NCBI RefSeq assembly: GCF_001194135.2
Contig: NC_068983.1
Span: forward strand, 102,663,328-102,713,031
Source of the DNA: Octopus bimaculoides
Taxonomy: Eukaryota
Reading direction: 5' to 3'
DNA: 49,704 nucleotides
Of this stretch, positions 1 through 11,399 are shown in pieces; position 1 is the stretch's first letter, and each line of letters opens with the position of its first letter. Below the pieces are notes generated by a model, which was not told where the DNA came from, did no database searches, and worked only from the letters and a program-made list of their open reading frames with translations. Position numbers and translations under genes: made by a program.

Positions 1-16
1 ATATATACATATATAT

Positions 17-78
<62 letters not shown>

Positions 79-334
79 GATGGTAAGTTCAACAAAAAAA
101 GTACTCCATCTCGTGAGAGATAAATGCTATTTAATAAACACAATATATGTTTATACGTGTTACTATTAGTTTCATATACTGAGCTCATGCCAAACAATGT
201 TTTATGACACATCTGACATCTCAGCACAATCATCAGTCACAGCCCACATAGTATAATGAACTAAAAATGGAACGAGAAAATACGAGAACAAAGTATGTAG
301 AAAGAGTTATCCAGCACTCTGTAAAGTGGTTCGC

Positions 335-483
335 ATTAGGATGGGCATCCAGCTGAAGCAACCACGCCACAACAGACAATTGGAGCCTGGATGGCTCCCT
401 GGCATCATCCAACCAATGCCAGCATGGAAAATGAATGTTAAATGTTGATGATAGTAATGATGATGATGATAATGAGGATGATG

Positions 484-485
<2 letters not shown>
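335..485 (+). mobile_element. LINE 3' tail fragment (RTE-X-like) ending in (GAT)n
   Basis: Reverse-complement similarity to 11400-11550 (ggatgctcttcctaacgcc / ccatgttggcatgagttggat) followed by a gatgatgat tail. Confidence 0.55.
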
Positions 486-519
<34 letters not shown>

Positions 520-936
520 CCACACATATACTTACAGGGTTGGTTAAGGTGACAGGTGAAACTTGATGTCCCCGTCAACTTGAATTTGACAATAAATTTG
601 AAGAAAAATAAATTTGAAGCTACTCTGTTTCAACTTATCTTGTCAGTAAATGTTAAGTTGTTATTCTTCAACTAGCACCAAAATAATATAGTTATTTAAC
701 ACTTGTGTGCATGCATGCACACATGCATATACACATACATGCACATACACACACATTGCTGTTTGCTGGTTTATTGCATTTTCGGCTCTACCCATCTTAT
801 ATTTTCTTTCAAATGTCACATTACATTTTTTCATATTTGGTTGTTTCATTATCACTTTTGCCATTTGCATCTGCTTACAGTTTACACTTTACAGGGGTGT
901 AATTCGAGGGTGTAATTCGAGGGTGTAATCTAGGAC

Positions 937-939
<3 letters not shown>

Positions 940-975
<36 letters not shown>

Positions 976-1100
976 CCATCATCATCATCAGTGTTTTAAT
1001 GCTCACTTTACATGCTTGCATAGGTCAGACAGATTTTATTGAAACATGTTCTATCGTTAGAGGCCCTTCCTGTAGCCAACTCTCACCTGTTTCAAAAGAA
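940..1100 (-). mobile_element. LINE 3' tail fragment with (CAT)n tail
   Basis: (CAT)n run followed by tttaatg..catgcttgcataggtcagacag..ggcccttcctgtagccaac; same layout as 11400-11550 and 4560-4640. Confidence 0.5.
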
Positions 1101-1139
1101 GGATGTATTTCTCCATGACCAGGCATATTCTTGCAGAAT

Positions 1140-1464
1140 ATATTTCACTTGTTCCAGTCACTGGACTGTGGCCATGCTGGAGAATCACCTCAAAGAATTT
1201 TTAGTTGAACAAACCAACACCAGTACTCATTACATTTTTGTAAACCCTGGTACTTATTCTATTGGTCTCTTCAACTGCTAAGCTTTGGGGATGTAAACAC
1301 ACCAACATCAGTTGTTAAACAGTGCTGGGAAACAAACACATATACAAAAACAGGCACATATACATCTATCCATCTGTTTATCTGTCTGTCTACTTACCTA
1401 TCTATCTATATATCTATATATCTAGCTATCCATCTACCTGTCTATCTATCTATATCTATATCTA

Positions 1465-1503
<39 letters not shown>

Positions 1504-1516
1504 ATATATATATATT

Positions 1517-1563
<47 letters not shown>

Positions 1564-1725
1564 CTGGCTTCTTTCAGTTTCCATCTACCAAATCCACTCA
1601 CAAGGCTTTGGTTGGCCTAAGACTATAATAGATGACACTTTCCCGAGGTGCCATGCAGTAGGACTGAACCTGAAACCATGTATTTGGGAAGCAAACTTCT
1701 TTCTACACAGCCATACCTGTGCCTA
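1140..1725 (-). mobile_element. SINE family 1 (tRNA-like head, microsatellite centre, conserved tail)
   Basis: Head ggcttctttcagtttccatctaccaaatccactcacaaggctttgg at 1565-1725, (TATC)n/(TA)n centre, diverged tail at 1140-1340; matches copies at 2111, 8165, 17103 and 18587. A second head lies at ~1750-1870. Confidence 0.75.
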
Positions 1726-2110
1726 TACTGGAAATGAATGTATGTATGTTGGGATTCTTTCGGTTCCCATCAACCAAATCTGCTCACAAGGCTTTGGGTG
1801 GTCTGTGGCTGTAACAGAAGACACTCACTTAGAGTGCCATGCAGTGGAACTGAACCAAAAACTATGTGACTAGAAAAGAAACTTAATCACATTGAATAAT
1901 GTAGTCGTAGATATGTAATGATTAAGAGCAAGACAGAATAGTTGTGACTGGAAAATCTTCAATTATAATGCTGTTTGAGTAAGGATTAACTTGAGGCTAA
2001 ATACCCATAAGAACAATTAAAACAATTAGAACCACAAACCACAAAACCAATATTAATACAAAATATAGCACAGGCAAAATGAAATTGAAGAAATAAAAAA
2101 ATCTATTGTT

Positions 2111-2258
2111 GGCTGTGGGGCAAGAAGCTTGCTTCTCAACCACATTGTTCTGAGTTCAATTCTATGTGTCAACTTAGGCAAGTGTTCTCTGCTATAGCCT
2201 CGGGTTGACCAAAGCCTTGTGAATGTATTTGGTAGATGGAAACTGAAAGAATCCTGTC

Positions 2259-2292
<34 letters not shown>

Positions 2293-2680
2293 ATGTATGT
2301 ATGTATGTATGTGTGTACATATATATATATATTATATACACGTGTATAAAGAGAAACTGAAGATATGTGTAGTTCACACTAGATATGAAACCAATGTTTT
2401 TTCTTTCTAAAACTGTTAATTTACACATACAGAAATGTGTGTGTGTGTGTGCACGCGTGTCTGTGTGTGTGTTTGTTCCCCTGCCATCGCTTGACAATTG
2501 ATGCTGGTGTGTTTATGTCCCCATAATTTAGTGGTTCAGCAAAGGAGACAAACAGAATAAATACTAGGCTTACAAAGAATAAGTCCTGGGGGCAATTTCT
2601 TCAACTAAAAGTCCCTTAAGGCAGTACTCCATCATGGCTGCAGTCAAATGACTGAAACAAGTAAAAGAATAAAAGAATAA
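2111..2680 (+). mobile_element. SINE family 1, full copy
   Basis: ggctgtgggg..ttctgagttcaatt (B-box-like), ggcaagtgttctctgctatagcctcggg..gaaactgaaagaa, TA/TG centre, tail aataaatactaggcttacaaagaataagtcctgggg..gcagtcaaatgactgaaacaagtaaaaga. Confidence 0.85.
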
Positions 2681-3399
2681 ATATCTAGTTGCTTTTTTTT
2701 TTTTTTGTCACACTAAATGATCTTTGAGCAAATTTAAAAGAATAGATCAAAAGCTAAATGTGAAAGCATGTCAAGACAAGTAAGTATGCAGATTTCAAGA
2801 CATCTGAATAATATTACAAGCATACATAGTAACAGGCAGTAAAAGATAAACACCAGAAGCATAAGCAGATGCTCCAATATAATGTTGAAAATGAAACCTT
2901 GTGTGTGATGCAGTAGAATTTATTGATTTTTATAGCCACCTATGATTAAAGAACTACTAATTATATTGAAGCAAATTCATCAAAACATTATGAAACAAGA
3001 CAATTCCTAAGATTGGCTTACATTGTTTTTTTAGTTCTCATTCAGCCTTGGTAGAGTGGCAAACAGACCCATGAAGAAATATATTCCAGCTATAATCATC
3101 TCATTTTTTATGCTAGCCATCATATAACAAGGACTGCATTATCTAATATATTTTCTTTTTGAAGATATGGAATGATCAGAGGAAGATTTCACTGCTAATT
3201 CTAATAGGTCAAACAACCAAATAAAGGTCTCACATTGACTCCTGTTTTATCATGTTGTGTATTGATGAGAGCTATATTTCATTTGTGATAGGATATTATT
3301 CAACTATAGACAGTAGACTTCTCTATTAAGACAAAATGTAGTATCTACAAGATGATCAATGAAAACTCAAAGTTGTTTCTCTTCATTTCATAAAATGTT

Positions 3400-3562
3400 C
3401 ATTTTGATTTTCATGTGACTTCATATGATTCATGTGTCCTGCTTTTGACAACAGAACACAATCACACACAATACATATCCAATATTCACTGTTGATTTCA
3501 ATTCCAATTGTTCCTTTCTGGCAGGCCCTTTTAAGCTCAGATTGCTGAATCATCTTTTCCTC
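3400..3562 (-). mobile_element. RTE LINE fragment (same family as 12395-16810), first C2H2 finger
   Basis: Close nucleotide match to 12720-12880; minus strand reads EEKMIQQSELKRACQKGTIGIEINSEYWICIVCDCVLLSKAGHMNHMKSH. Confidence 0.85.
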
Positions 3563-3599
3563 CTATGTATGTATGTATGTATGTATGGATGGATGGATG

Positions 3600-4050
3600 A
3601 ATGGATGTATTAGAATGAAGGATAGCAGAATTCCTAAGCAGATGCTATTTGGAGAACTTGTGAATGGAAGGAGACTCCGGCAGAAACCAAGGCTGAGATT
3701 TAAGGACTGTGTCAAGTCTTCATTAAAGGCTTGTGATATGCAGGACACTGACTGGGAGAACAATGCCTGTCATCGCCACAGATGGAGGAAACAGGTTAAG
3801 GAGGGGATTGACACTTTTGAGAGAGCATGTATCCAGCATGAAGAACTTAAGCGAGCTGCGCGAAAGCACATGGCTCGTATAGTGAATGGGGAAAGCTTGG
3901 TCTGCAATGTTTGCAGTCATGTATGCTTGTCAAGAGCAGGGCTCATTAGCCACCAACGGAACCGCAAATGCAAAATATAAGTTAGTCCTAGAGCGCACAA
4001 TGTTCCTGAAAGTCGGCAATGGTCTTCCTCAGTCACGAGTGGACGGCCAT
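3600..4050 (+). mobile_element. 5'-truncated RTE/BovB-type LINE 3' end with one C2H2 finger
   Basis: ORF 3573-3980 RMKDSRIPKQMLFGELVNGRR..KPRLRFKDCVKSSLKAC..W..RWR..CNVCSHVCLSRAGLISHQR is the typical RTE ORF C-terminus; it ends in gagtggacggccatcat then (TATG)n. Confidence 0.9.
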
Positions 4051-4144
4051 CATGTATGTATGTATGTATGTATATGTGTGAGTGTGTATGTATGTATATA
4101 TGTATGTAAACATGCATGCATGTATGTTTGCATGTATGTATATG

Positions 4145-4752
4145 TGTGTGTCAGTGTTTTTGTTGTTTGTCACCCTTTTCATTGCTTCACAACTTGTATT
4201 GTTTTATTTACATCCCTGTATTATAATGACTTAATACAAGAGATGAATAGAATACGTACCAAACTTAAAGTATAAGTACTGAGGTAAATATGTTTGACTA
4301 AACCCTTCAAAATAGTGCCACTGCATGGCCACAGTCCAGTGATTGAATCAAGTAAAAGATAAAAGATATCGAATGCAATGCAAAGTGAGTTTGACATTTA
4401 GTAGTACACAGGAACAACTCTGGACATATTTTGCTCTTATTACACCTTTTATAATGACTGTTACTTCTGAGAAAGACTACAAAGATTCTTTTTAATGTCT
4501 TCATTTTCTGATCATGCTCTTAGGCTATAATTTCAGACTGTAATTCATTCAGTTAATGTTCAGTTTTTTCATGGCAGCATAGGTTGGACGAGGACTTATT
4601 TGAAACAACATTTTATGGCTGGATGTCTTTCCTGCTTCCAATGATTATGTGTGTGTCAGTGTTTTTGTTGTTTGTCACCCTTTTCATTGCTTGACAACTT
4701 GTATTGTTTTATTTACATTCCTGTATTATAATGACTTGATACAAGAGATGAA
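4145..4752 (+). repeat. Direct duplication of a ~105 bp segment (4145-4250 and 4647-4752)
   Basis: tgtgtgtcagtgtttttgttgtttgtcacccttttcattgc..atacaagagatgaa occurs twice with a few substitutions. Confidence 0.9.
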
Positions 4753-4755
4753 GTT

Positions 4756-5099
4756 TTGAAGTGGTTCTGTAACTTTGCAAGTGAGTGCTCTTTGTCATAA
4801 TCTGCAGCCAGAAACGGTTGTTTTGTTTCATTTTTCATCATGTTCTTTGTCATTTATAGCAGTGGTTCTCAACTGGGGTCCATATTAGGTTTTGTTGTTA
4901 AAATTTGTCTGCAATAAATTGTTTATATTTCTATAATACACAAAATACCTCAACAATATTTTTTTTTTCTTTGTGTAAAGTGAAGGATTTCATATTTTGG
5001 AGTCTCAGAAAACGCAGTGTGACTGTTTTCACTATCATTAGTATTAACAGCCTCACCACCATCATCAGCATCACCATTACAATCAATATCATCATCATC

Positions 5100-5131
<32 letters not shown>

Positions 5132-6028
5132 CATCATCAAGACCATCTTCATCGTCTCTAGTTAAGTGATAAAATCAGAGAGAGATGATGCAACAAAAAA
5201 AAAAAAACACTAAAATTAGAAATCAATAAAACTGCCTAATAAGTAGAGCTGGTTGTGTACACTTTCAATAGGATGGAAATCTATAGAAATCCATTTGAAA
5301 CAGAAATTTGATTCCCTTTTAGGAACCAAATTTGAGAATAAGAGTAAAATTTACATGAAACATTACTTAACCTAATTCTTATCTTTCTAACATCAACATG
5401 GAAGGGAAGATAATAGTGAGAGTCAGAACATCACCATGGAAATCTCTTTTTTTAACAAAAAAAAAAAAAAATCTCATTGATTATGATGTTCACAGACAAA
5501 ACAATATAAACATCACTGAATATTTGACCAATAAAATATGAACAAAAAAAGAAAATAGAAATTGGAAAAATAGCAATATCAAATTAGAAGTTGAAGTTAT
5601 TTTTAGCAAAAATCTTTCAACTAACTATTCTGAGAAAGGTAAATTGGCCTGAGAGGAAATGGTGCAGCTATTTCATTCAATCAGCCAATAGAAATACATT
5701 AAAAACTATATCTTAAAACTTGATTGGCTCTTCGTTCTAACTAACATGACAGCTTTCAGATTATACCATGGAGTGAATAATGATGGCATTATTTGTTTGT
5801 TTGTTACCTTGTTTTAGTTAGTGTTTTATTTTTTTTAATGCTTTTATTTATGTCTTGAAGTGGTTCTGTTACTTTGCAAGTGAGTGCTCTCTGCCATAAT
5901 CTGAAGCCAGAAACTGTTGTTTTGTTTCATTTTTCATCATGTTCTTTATCATTTATAGCAGTGGTTCTCAACTGGGGTCCATATTAGGTTTTGTTGTTAA
6001 AATTTGTCTGCAATAAATTGTTTATATT
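4756..6028 (+). repeat. Direct duplication of a ~174 bp segment (4756-4929 and 5855-6028)
   Basis: ttgaagtggttctgt..tatagcagtggttctcaactggggtccat..gtttatatt occurs twice with a few mismatches; the second copy abuts an N gap. Confidence 0.9.
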
Positions 6029-6161
6029 ANNNNNNNNNNNNNNNNNNNNNNNNNNNNNNNNNNNNNNNNNNNNNNNNNNNNNNNNNNNNNNNNNNNNNNN
6101 NNNNNNNNNNNNNNNNNNNNNNNNNNNNNNNNNNNNNNNNNNNNNNNNNNNNNNNNNNNNN

Positions 6162-6192
<31 letters not shown>

Positions 6193-6639
6193 CTATCTAT
6201 CTATCTACCTATCTATCTATCTGTCTGTCTATCAATCTATTTATCTCTCTCTCTCTCTCTATTTATTTATCTATTTATCTCTTTCTCACTCTCTCTTTCT
6301 CTGTCACTCTGTCACTCACTCACACACATACACACTCAACAACAACAGCAACAACAACAACATTAGTTGTTTGAATCATATATCAGTATATAACTAGTAA
6401 TTAGTTTATTAACCCCTCCTTGCACCCAGTGAGATGAAGGACAAAAACAACTTCAAAAAGAATTGAACTACAATTTCCTTCATTCGATCATATCATAAAT
6501 TTATAGAGATGCTCTATTATTTATTTATTTATTCTATAACAGAGATAGCAGCTTATTTCAGTTGCTTGACACCTCACCTGTTTCCATCTTTCAAGGCAAA
6601 AACTAGCCTCTTGATGTCATATAAAATAATAATATTAAT

Positions 6640-6860
6640 AATAATAATCTTTTCTACAATAGACACAGGACTGAAAATTTGTGGGGAGTAGGTAAGTCGG
6701 TCACATCCTCCCCAGTACTTAACGGGTACTTAATTTATTGACCCTGAAAGGATGAAAGGCAAAGTCAACCTCGGCGGAATTTGAACTCAGGACATAAAGT
6801 GAGGTGAAATACCAGTAAGCCTTTTGCCCAGTGTTAACGACTCTACCAGCTTACCACCTT
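6640..6860 (-). mobile_element. SINE family 2 (tRNA-derived)
   Basis: Reverse complement of ggcggaatttgaactcag gives B-box-like ctgagttcaaattccgcc; core gaccctgaaaggatgaaaggcaaagtcaacc is shared with 7910-8040, 22846-23063 and 26583-26757. Confidence 0.8.
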
Positions 6861-6873
6861 TATAATAATAATG

Positions 6874-7891
6874 ATAGGACTGATTAGTGTGGAAGACTGC
6901 ATGCATATCAAACTCAAGAGCTTAATGAGATATCTAGCCCAAAGTAAGGAAACGTTGCTAGTGTCAGTTAGGGATAAGGGAGTATTGAAAGCAGAGAAAA
7001 AGGGAACACAAAAGAAGATGTCCAAAAAAGACATGAAGAAGAATTGCACAAGAAGGGACTACACAGTTCCATGTAGCCACAACAGAAGTTGCTGGAAAAA
7101 ATAGGTGGGACTGGCTGATGAAATGAACTCTAAAAGAAGAGACCAAGTGCACTATACTGGCAACGCAAGTCCAAGCTTTGGCCACAAACTGAATTGTCAA
7201 TTTTAGGAATGAGCAAGTATCTCCACTGTGCTGCATCTGCAATAAAGTGGATGAAAACGTTGTTCATATGATGAATGAATGCCCTAGCCTTGCTCAAAAC
7301 CACTACAAGTTGTAACGACTTGATCAGGTAGTGAAAGTGCTACACGAGAAACTGTGCAAAATGTGGGAGCTAGAAAGAGGCAAGATGTGATATGAGCACA
7401 AACTGCAAAGAATGGCAGAGTTAGAGACTAGCATAATCCTCTGTGATTTCCCAATACAAACAGATCAGGTACTAGAGTATAACAGACCGGACTTAGTGGT
7501 GGTGGACAAGGTGCACTACATATGCTATAGGGTTAATGTTGCATGCCCCTTTGATCCATGAATAGTCAAGAAAGAAGGCAAAAAGATAGATAAATACAAC
7601 CTTCTTAAGTACAAAATAGCCCTGGTATGGAAAATGAAGAAGGTGAAGATAGTGCCAATTATTGATGGGTCCTTCGGAATATTATCAGAAGGCATCAAGA
7701 GGAATATAAAGGAAATCAAAATAAAGTGCTGAGCAGAACTGTTACAAAAGGTTTGCCTCCTTGACACGGCCAGAATAATCAGGAAAGTATTAGCTGAAAA
7801 TAACAGATAGCATGGTACCATGGGCTACAGGTAGCAAACCTGCTATACATGCAAGACTCCAGGAGCTCCAACAAAACTTGTGATAAAGAGA
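6874..7891 (+). mobile_element. 5'-truncated R4/Dong-type non-LTR retrotransposon (RLE endonuclease), degraded
   Basis: Fragments GLISVEDC, CCHC knuckle CCICNKVDENVVHMMNEC (7229-7285), NRPDLVVVDK PD-(D/E)xK core (7481-7510), KKEGKKIDKY, IVPII.G..G and TARIIRKVL; stops and frameshifts; flanked by (AAT)n on both sides. Confidence 0.85.
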
Positions 7892-7909
7892 AATAATAAT
7901 AATAGTAAT

Positions 7910-8040
7910 GGTTTCAAATTTTGGCACAAGGCCAGCAGTTTCAGGGGAAGGATAAGTTGATTAAATCAATTCAAGCACTCAACTGGTACTTATTTTATCA
8001 ATCTCAAAAGGATGAAAGGCAAAATCAACCAGGCATTAAG
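7910..8040 (-). mobile_element. SINE family 2, partial
   Basis: ggtttcaaattttggcacaaggccagc..actggtacttattttatcaatctcaaaaggatgaaaggcaaaatcaacc matches 6640-6860 and 26583-26757. Confidence 0.75.
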
Positions 8041-8164
8041 AAGTTTGTTTCACAACACAATTCCAGCATGATCCAAGTACAGCATTGGATATTTACTTGT
8101 TGTATTTTGTATTTGTGGTTTGAATTAGTTGTTTTGTGGCTCAGTTCCTGTATATTTGTGCATA

Positions 8165-8580
8165 TTCTTTTATTCTTCTTTTACTTGTTTCAGTCATTTG
8201 ACTGCAGCCATGCTGGAGCACCGCCTTTAGTCGAATCAAATTGACCCCAGGACTTATTGTTTGTAAGCCTAGTACTTATTCTATCGGTCTCTTTTTGCCG
8301 AACCGCTAAGTTACGGAGACCTAAACACACCAGCATCGGTTGTCAAGCGATGTTGGGGGGACAAACACAGATACACAACATATACACACATACATATATA
8401 TATACATATATACGACGGGCTTCTTTCAGTTTCCGTCTACTAAATCCACTCACAAGGCTTTGGTCGGCCCGAGGCTATAGTAGAAAACACTTGCCCAAGA
8501 TGCCACACAGTGGGACTGAACCTGAAACCACGTGGTTGGTAAGCAAGCTACTTACCACACAGCCACACCTGCGCCTATAT
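8165..8580 (-). mobile_element. SINE family 1, full and well-preserved copy
   Basis: Near mirror image of 18587-18968: ttacttgtttcagtcatttgactgcagccatgctggagcaccgcc..ggtaagcaagctacttaccacacagcc. Confidence 0.9.
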
Positions 8581-8639
8581 GTACATATCTATTTGATTTT
8601 TTCCAGTAAAGATGATTCTATTATTTTGTTAGCATTGGC

Positions 8640-9893
8640 ATGTTACCTCTATCATTCTAACTACATCATTAGTTGCCAACCCTGTTTGTAGTGCAGAACA
8701 TTTTTTTAAAAATTAATTTAATTTGGTATCTTCAACATGATACAGATTCATTTCTCCTGTTTAGCAAGTGTATGTTTTGTATGGTTATGTTGTACTTTTC
8801 TATTATTCATAGATGGTATGTCCCAAAGCTATATATACAGGAGTTTGCACAGTATCAGTTAAGCTACACATGAATTTCTGTTACTATTAATATTCCAGAA
8901 TGAGGGTGTTTCATGTGTATATCTAGCTTTGGCAGTTCATCTGTTTGCACTTGTGAAGACTTTTTTTAATCTGTTCTTCTATTAATCTTATTATAATATA
9001 GACTGTGTCATTTTTAAAGCAGTTTGCACTTAATGGGTACCTCTTTGCTCTAATACAATGGTGCAAGTCTTTGTCTTTATGTTGTGTGTTTCATAATAAG
9101 TTGTTGTTTAGTGCTTATATGGCATGTTTTATGTTCTCTTATGCAAATGGAGCTAACTTATGTATTATCTATAATATCTATTAAATAGCTTGTAGTATTT
9201 ATGGTTAACTGGGAAATATTTGGTGATTAGTGGCAGAAAGAATTGCACCATGTTTGCCCCTACATTTATGCTAAATAGTGGGCTGAAGCCAATTATGTTT
9301 CTTTTTCTGGATTTGTTTTGTTTGTTGCTTGTTTGCATGGTTCAGGGTATACATTGTAATTTTCTTTAAACTTAATATTTTTAAGACATTAGAGAATGGT
9401 GTTGTTTTGTTGATCTTTTTTTCATTTACAATCAGCTTATGTTGTAGAAATTGTCTGGTTATGTTACTGACTAAATTGTGAATGATTGATGTGAGTGGTA
9501 GGAATGCATAATGGCACAGAGAGTCTTTCGTTTGGTTTTCTGTAAAAGTAATATTTTCTGTAGTTAAGGTTTAATGGTATGTCCGAGTTACTTACCAGAG
9601 ACAGTTTTGTTTGAATGGTTACTTTTAAAGGTGTAAGTTCTTTTTCTGAATTGGCTTAGTAGATGGTTGTCCATGTTTTGAGAGATAGCAGGCTATCTCC
9701 CTATATAATTCTATACTAGATTCATTGGATATATTTCTTATTTCTTTTAGTGCATGTAGCCCACTACTTTTTATAACTGCTCTGCTACAGCATCCAAAAC
9801 ACATGTTAAAGGGGGGGTCATCATTTTCTTTCTGTGCTTAGGGAAAATCATTGTAGTTTAGGAGAGACATTTTCCATTGGATTTTTTGCAATT
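8640..9893 (-). mobile_element. Decayed Penelope-like element (RT C-terminal half plus GIY-YIG-side region)
   Basis: Manual minus-strand translation across frameshifts: VGLHALKEI, ELYRE(IA), DIPLNLNYRKYYFYRKPNE, RNIIGFSPLFSINVGAN, FPVNHKYYKLFNR, YPLSANCFKNDTVY, KARYTHETPSF. The order matches the PLE pattern ..YRDD..FLD.TL.L..YRKPN..RNIIWFNPPFS.NV..CPL..CL..KARY.NH. Confidence 0.75.
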
Positions 9894-9991
9894 TTTTTTT
9901 TTTTTTACTAATAATAGTTTTCCAATTGTTGGAAAGCAGTCTATGTTAATATAGGCAAAGAAAATACACAGATTCCAAAGTCCAAGAAATA

Positions 9992-10885
9992 CAAGGTGGT
10001 ATTAAAAAGTTCCCAGATTAGTTCTGTAGCATGCCAACAGATATCAGCACATGGTTGCATGCACAGTGAGAGCTAGTAGTGACCTTCATAAGGCAATGTG
10101 CTAAGTAACATCACTGTGTTTACTCCACAAATTGTGAAATTTGTGTTTTTGTGATCATGTATATGCTGTAGTTTGTGATTTTGTCATAAAGAGGAACAAA
10201 GAGCCAACGTGAAATTTTGTGTTAAACTTGGGAAGTATGTTACAGAAACATTGATTATGCTTTTGCAAGTTTATGGCGATGAGGTAATGGGTTGTACACA
10301 ATGTTTTGAGGGGTATGGGTGCTTCAAAAGTGGAAGAATGTCCCTGGAAGATTATGAACAATCTGGAAGACCTGCCATGATTGTCAACCCCTGGAATGTA
10401 GTATTGTACATTGAGAATTTGTTCCCCAGGGCCAGACCATCAATGGTGACTTCTACTGCGACGTTTTGAAGCATTTGAGGGAAGACATTTGGCAAAAGCA
10501 ATCAGATCTGTGGGGTGCAAAGAATTGGATTCTTCTCCTGACTCATGAGTTTCTCATCAAAAACAAAACAACATGGTATCACTTCCACACCTGCTCTATT
10601 TACCAGATTTAGCACCTGTGGACTTTCATCTCTTCCCCAAGACAAAAATGCAGCTCAAAGGTCACCATTTTAACACCATTGTTACGATCCAAAGTAAATC
10701 ACAGAAGGTTCTCAACTCACTTACAGAAAACTACATCAAAGCCAGATTCCAAAAGTGGTAGGAATGCTGGGACTGGTAAATTGTGGAACAACGTGACAAT
10801 TTTAAAGGAGCTGATGTTAAAACTTGGGGAAACAAGTTACTTTTATTAAACATAACCAGTCCTGGAACTTTTTGGTATCACCTCA
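9992..10885 (+). mobile_element. Internally deleted mariner transposon
   Basis: TA-flanked imperfect TIRs (caaggtggtattaaaaagttcccagattagtt / reverse complement tgaggtgataccaaaaagttccaggactggtt); transposase remnants KFCVKLGK..ETLIMLLQVYGD..FKSGR..EQSGRP and PHLLYLPDLAPVDFHLFPK. Confidence 0.9.
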
Positions 10886-11072
10886 TACTAGAACCACCAT
10901 CAACATCACTCCATCAAAAAATGTATATTGATGCATATAGACACCAACATCTACAAGAAAGGAACAAGAAATAGTTTATCCAAAGTATGTATTTGAAACA
11001 TACACACACACGCGCATATATACATGTATATATACACACGCACGCACACATACACATACATACACACATGTA

Positions 11073-11103
<31 letters not shown>

Positions 11104-11108
<5 letters not shown>

Positions 11109-11342
11109 GATGAGTAGAGATGGCTTTTTTGGGATAATTTTATTTTAATAATCTTTACAAAGAGTGACTCTGATATGAGTTTCAAGATTCAAATAACCAT
11201 TTTCAAACTGAAAAATGTATGTCTTACTGGTCAACATACATTTTTCAACTCAAAACTCATATCAGAGTCACTCTTTGTAAACATTATTATTAAAATAAAA
11301 ATTATCTATTTATCCAAAAAAAGCCATCTCCATTCATCTTTT
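11104..11342. repeat. Foldback / long imperfect palindrome (MITE-like)
   Basis: Paired arms: aaaagatgagtagagatggctttttt with aaaaaaagccatctccattcatctttt; tttacaaagagtgactctgatatgagttt with aaactcatatcagagtcactctttgtaaa (perfect, 29 bp); tgaaaaatgtatgt with acatacatttttca around a loop of ~10 nt. The ORF track shows the same peptide (KLISESLFV..KSHL.SSF) on both strands. Confidence 0.9.
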
Positions 11343-11399
11343 CAAATATATAACACTGTACCAATAACTTTCTTTTTACTATCATCATCATCATCATAA

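Noticed and set aside
76-330. Possible mariner left end and start of transposase
   Set aside because: Resemblance is too weak; no matching TIR or diagnostic motif.
895-929. 13 bp tandem gggtgtaattcga x~2.7 (similar micro-duplications at 33690-33730, 40505, 42150 and 49310)
   Set aside because: Ordinary slippage duplications with no further structure.
5643-5730. Cluster of CCAAT/ATTGG boxes as a possible promoter
   Set aside because: No adjacent exon or other promoter evidence; such pentamers are expected by chance or within repeats.
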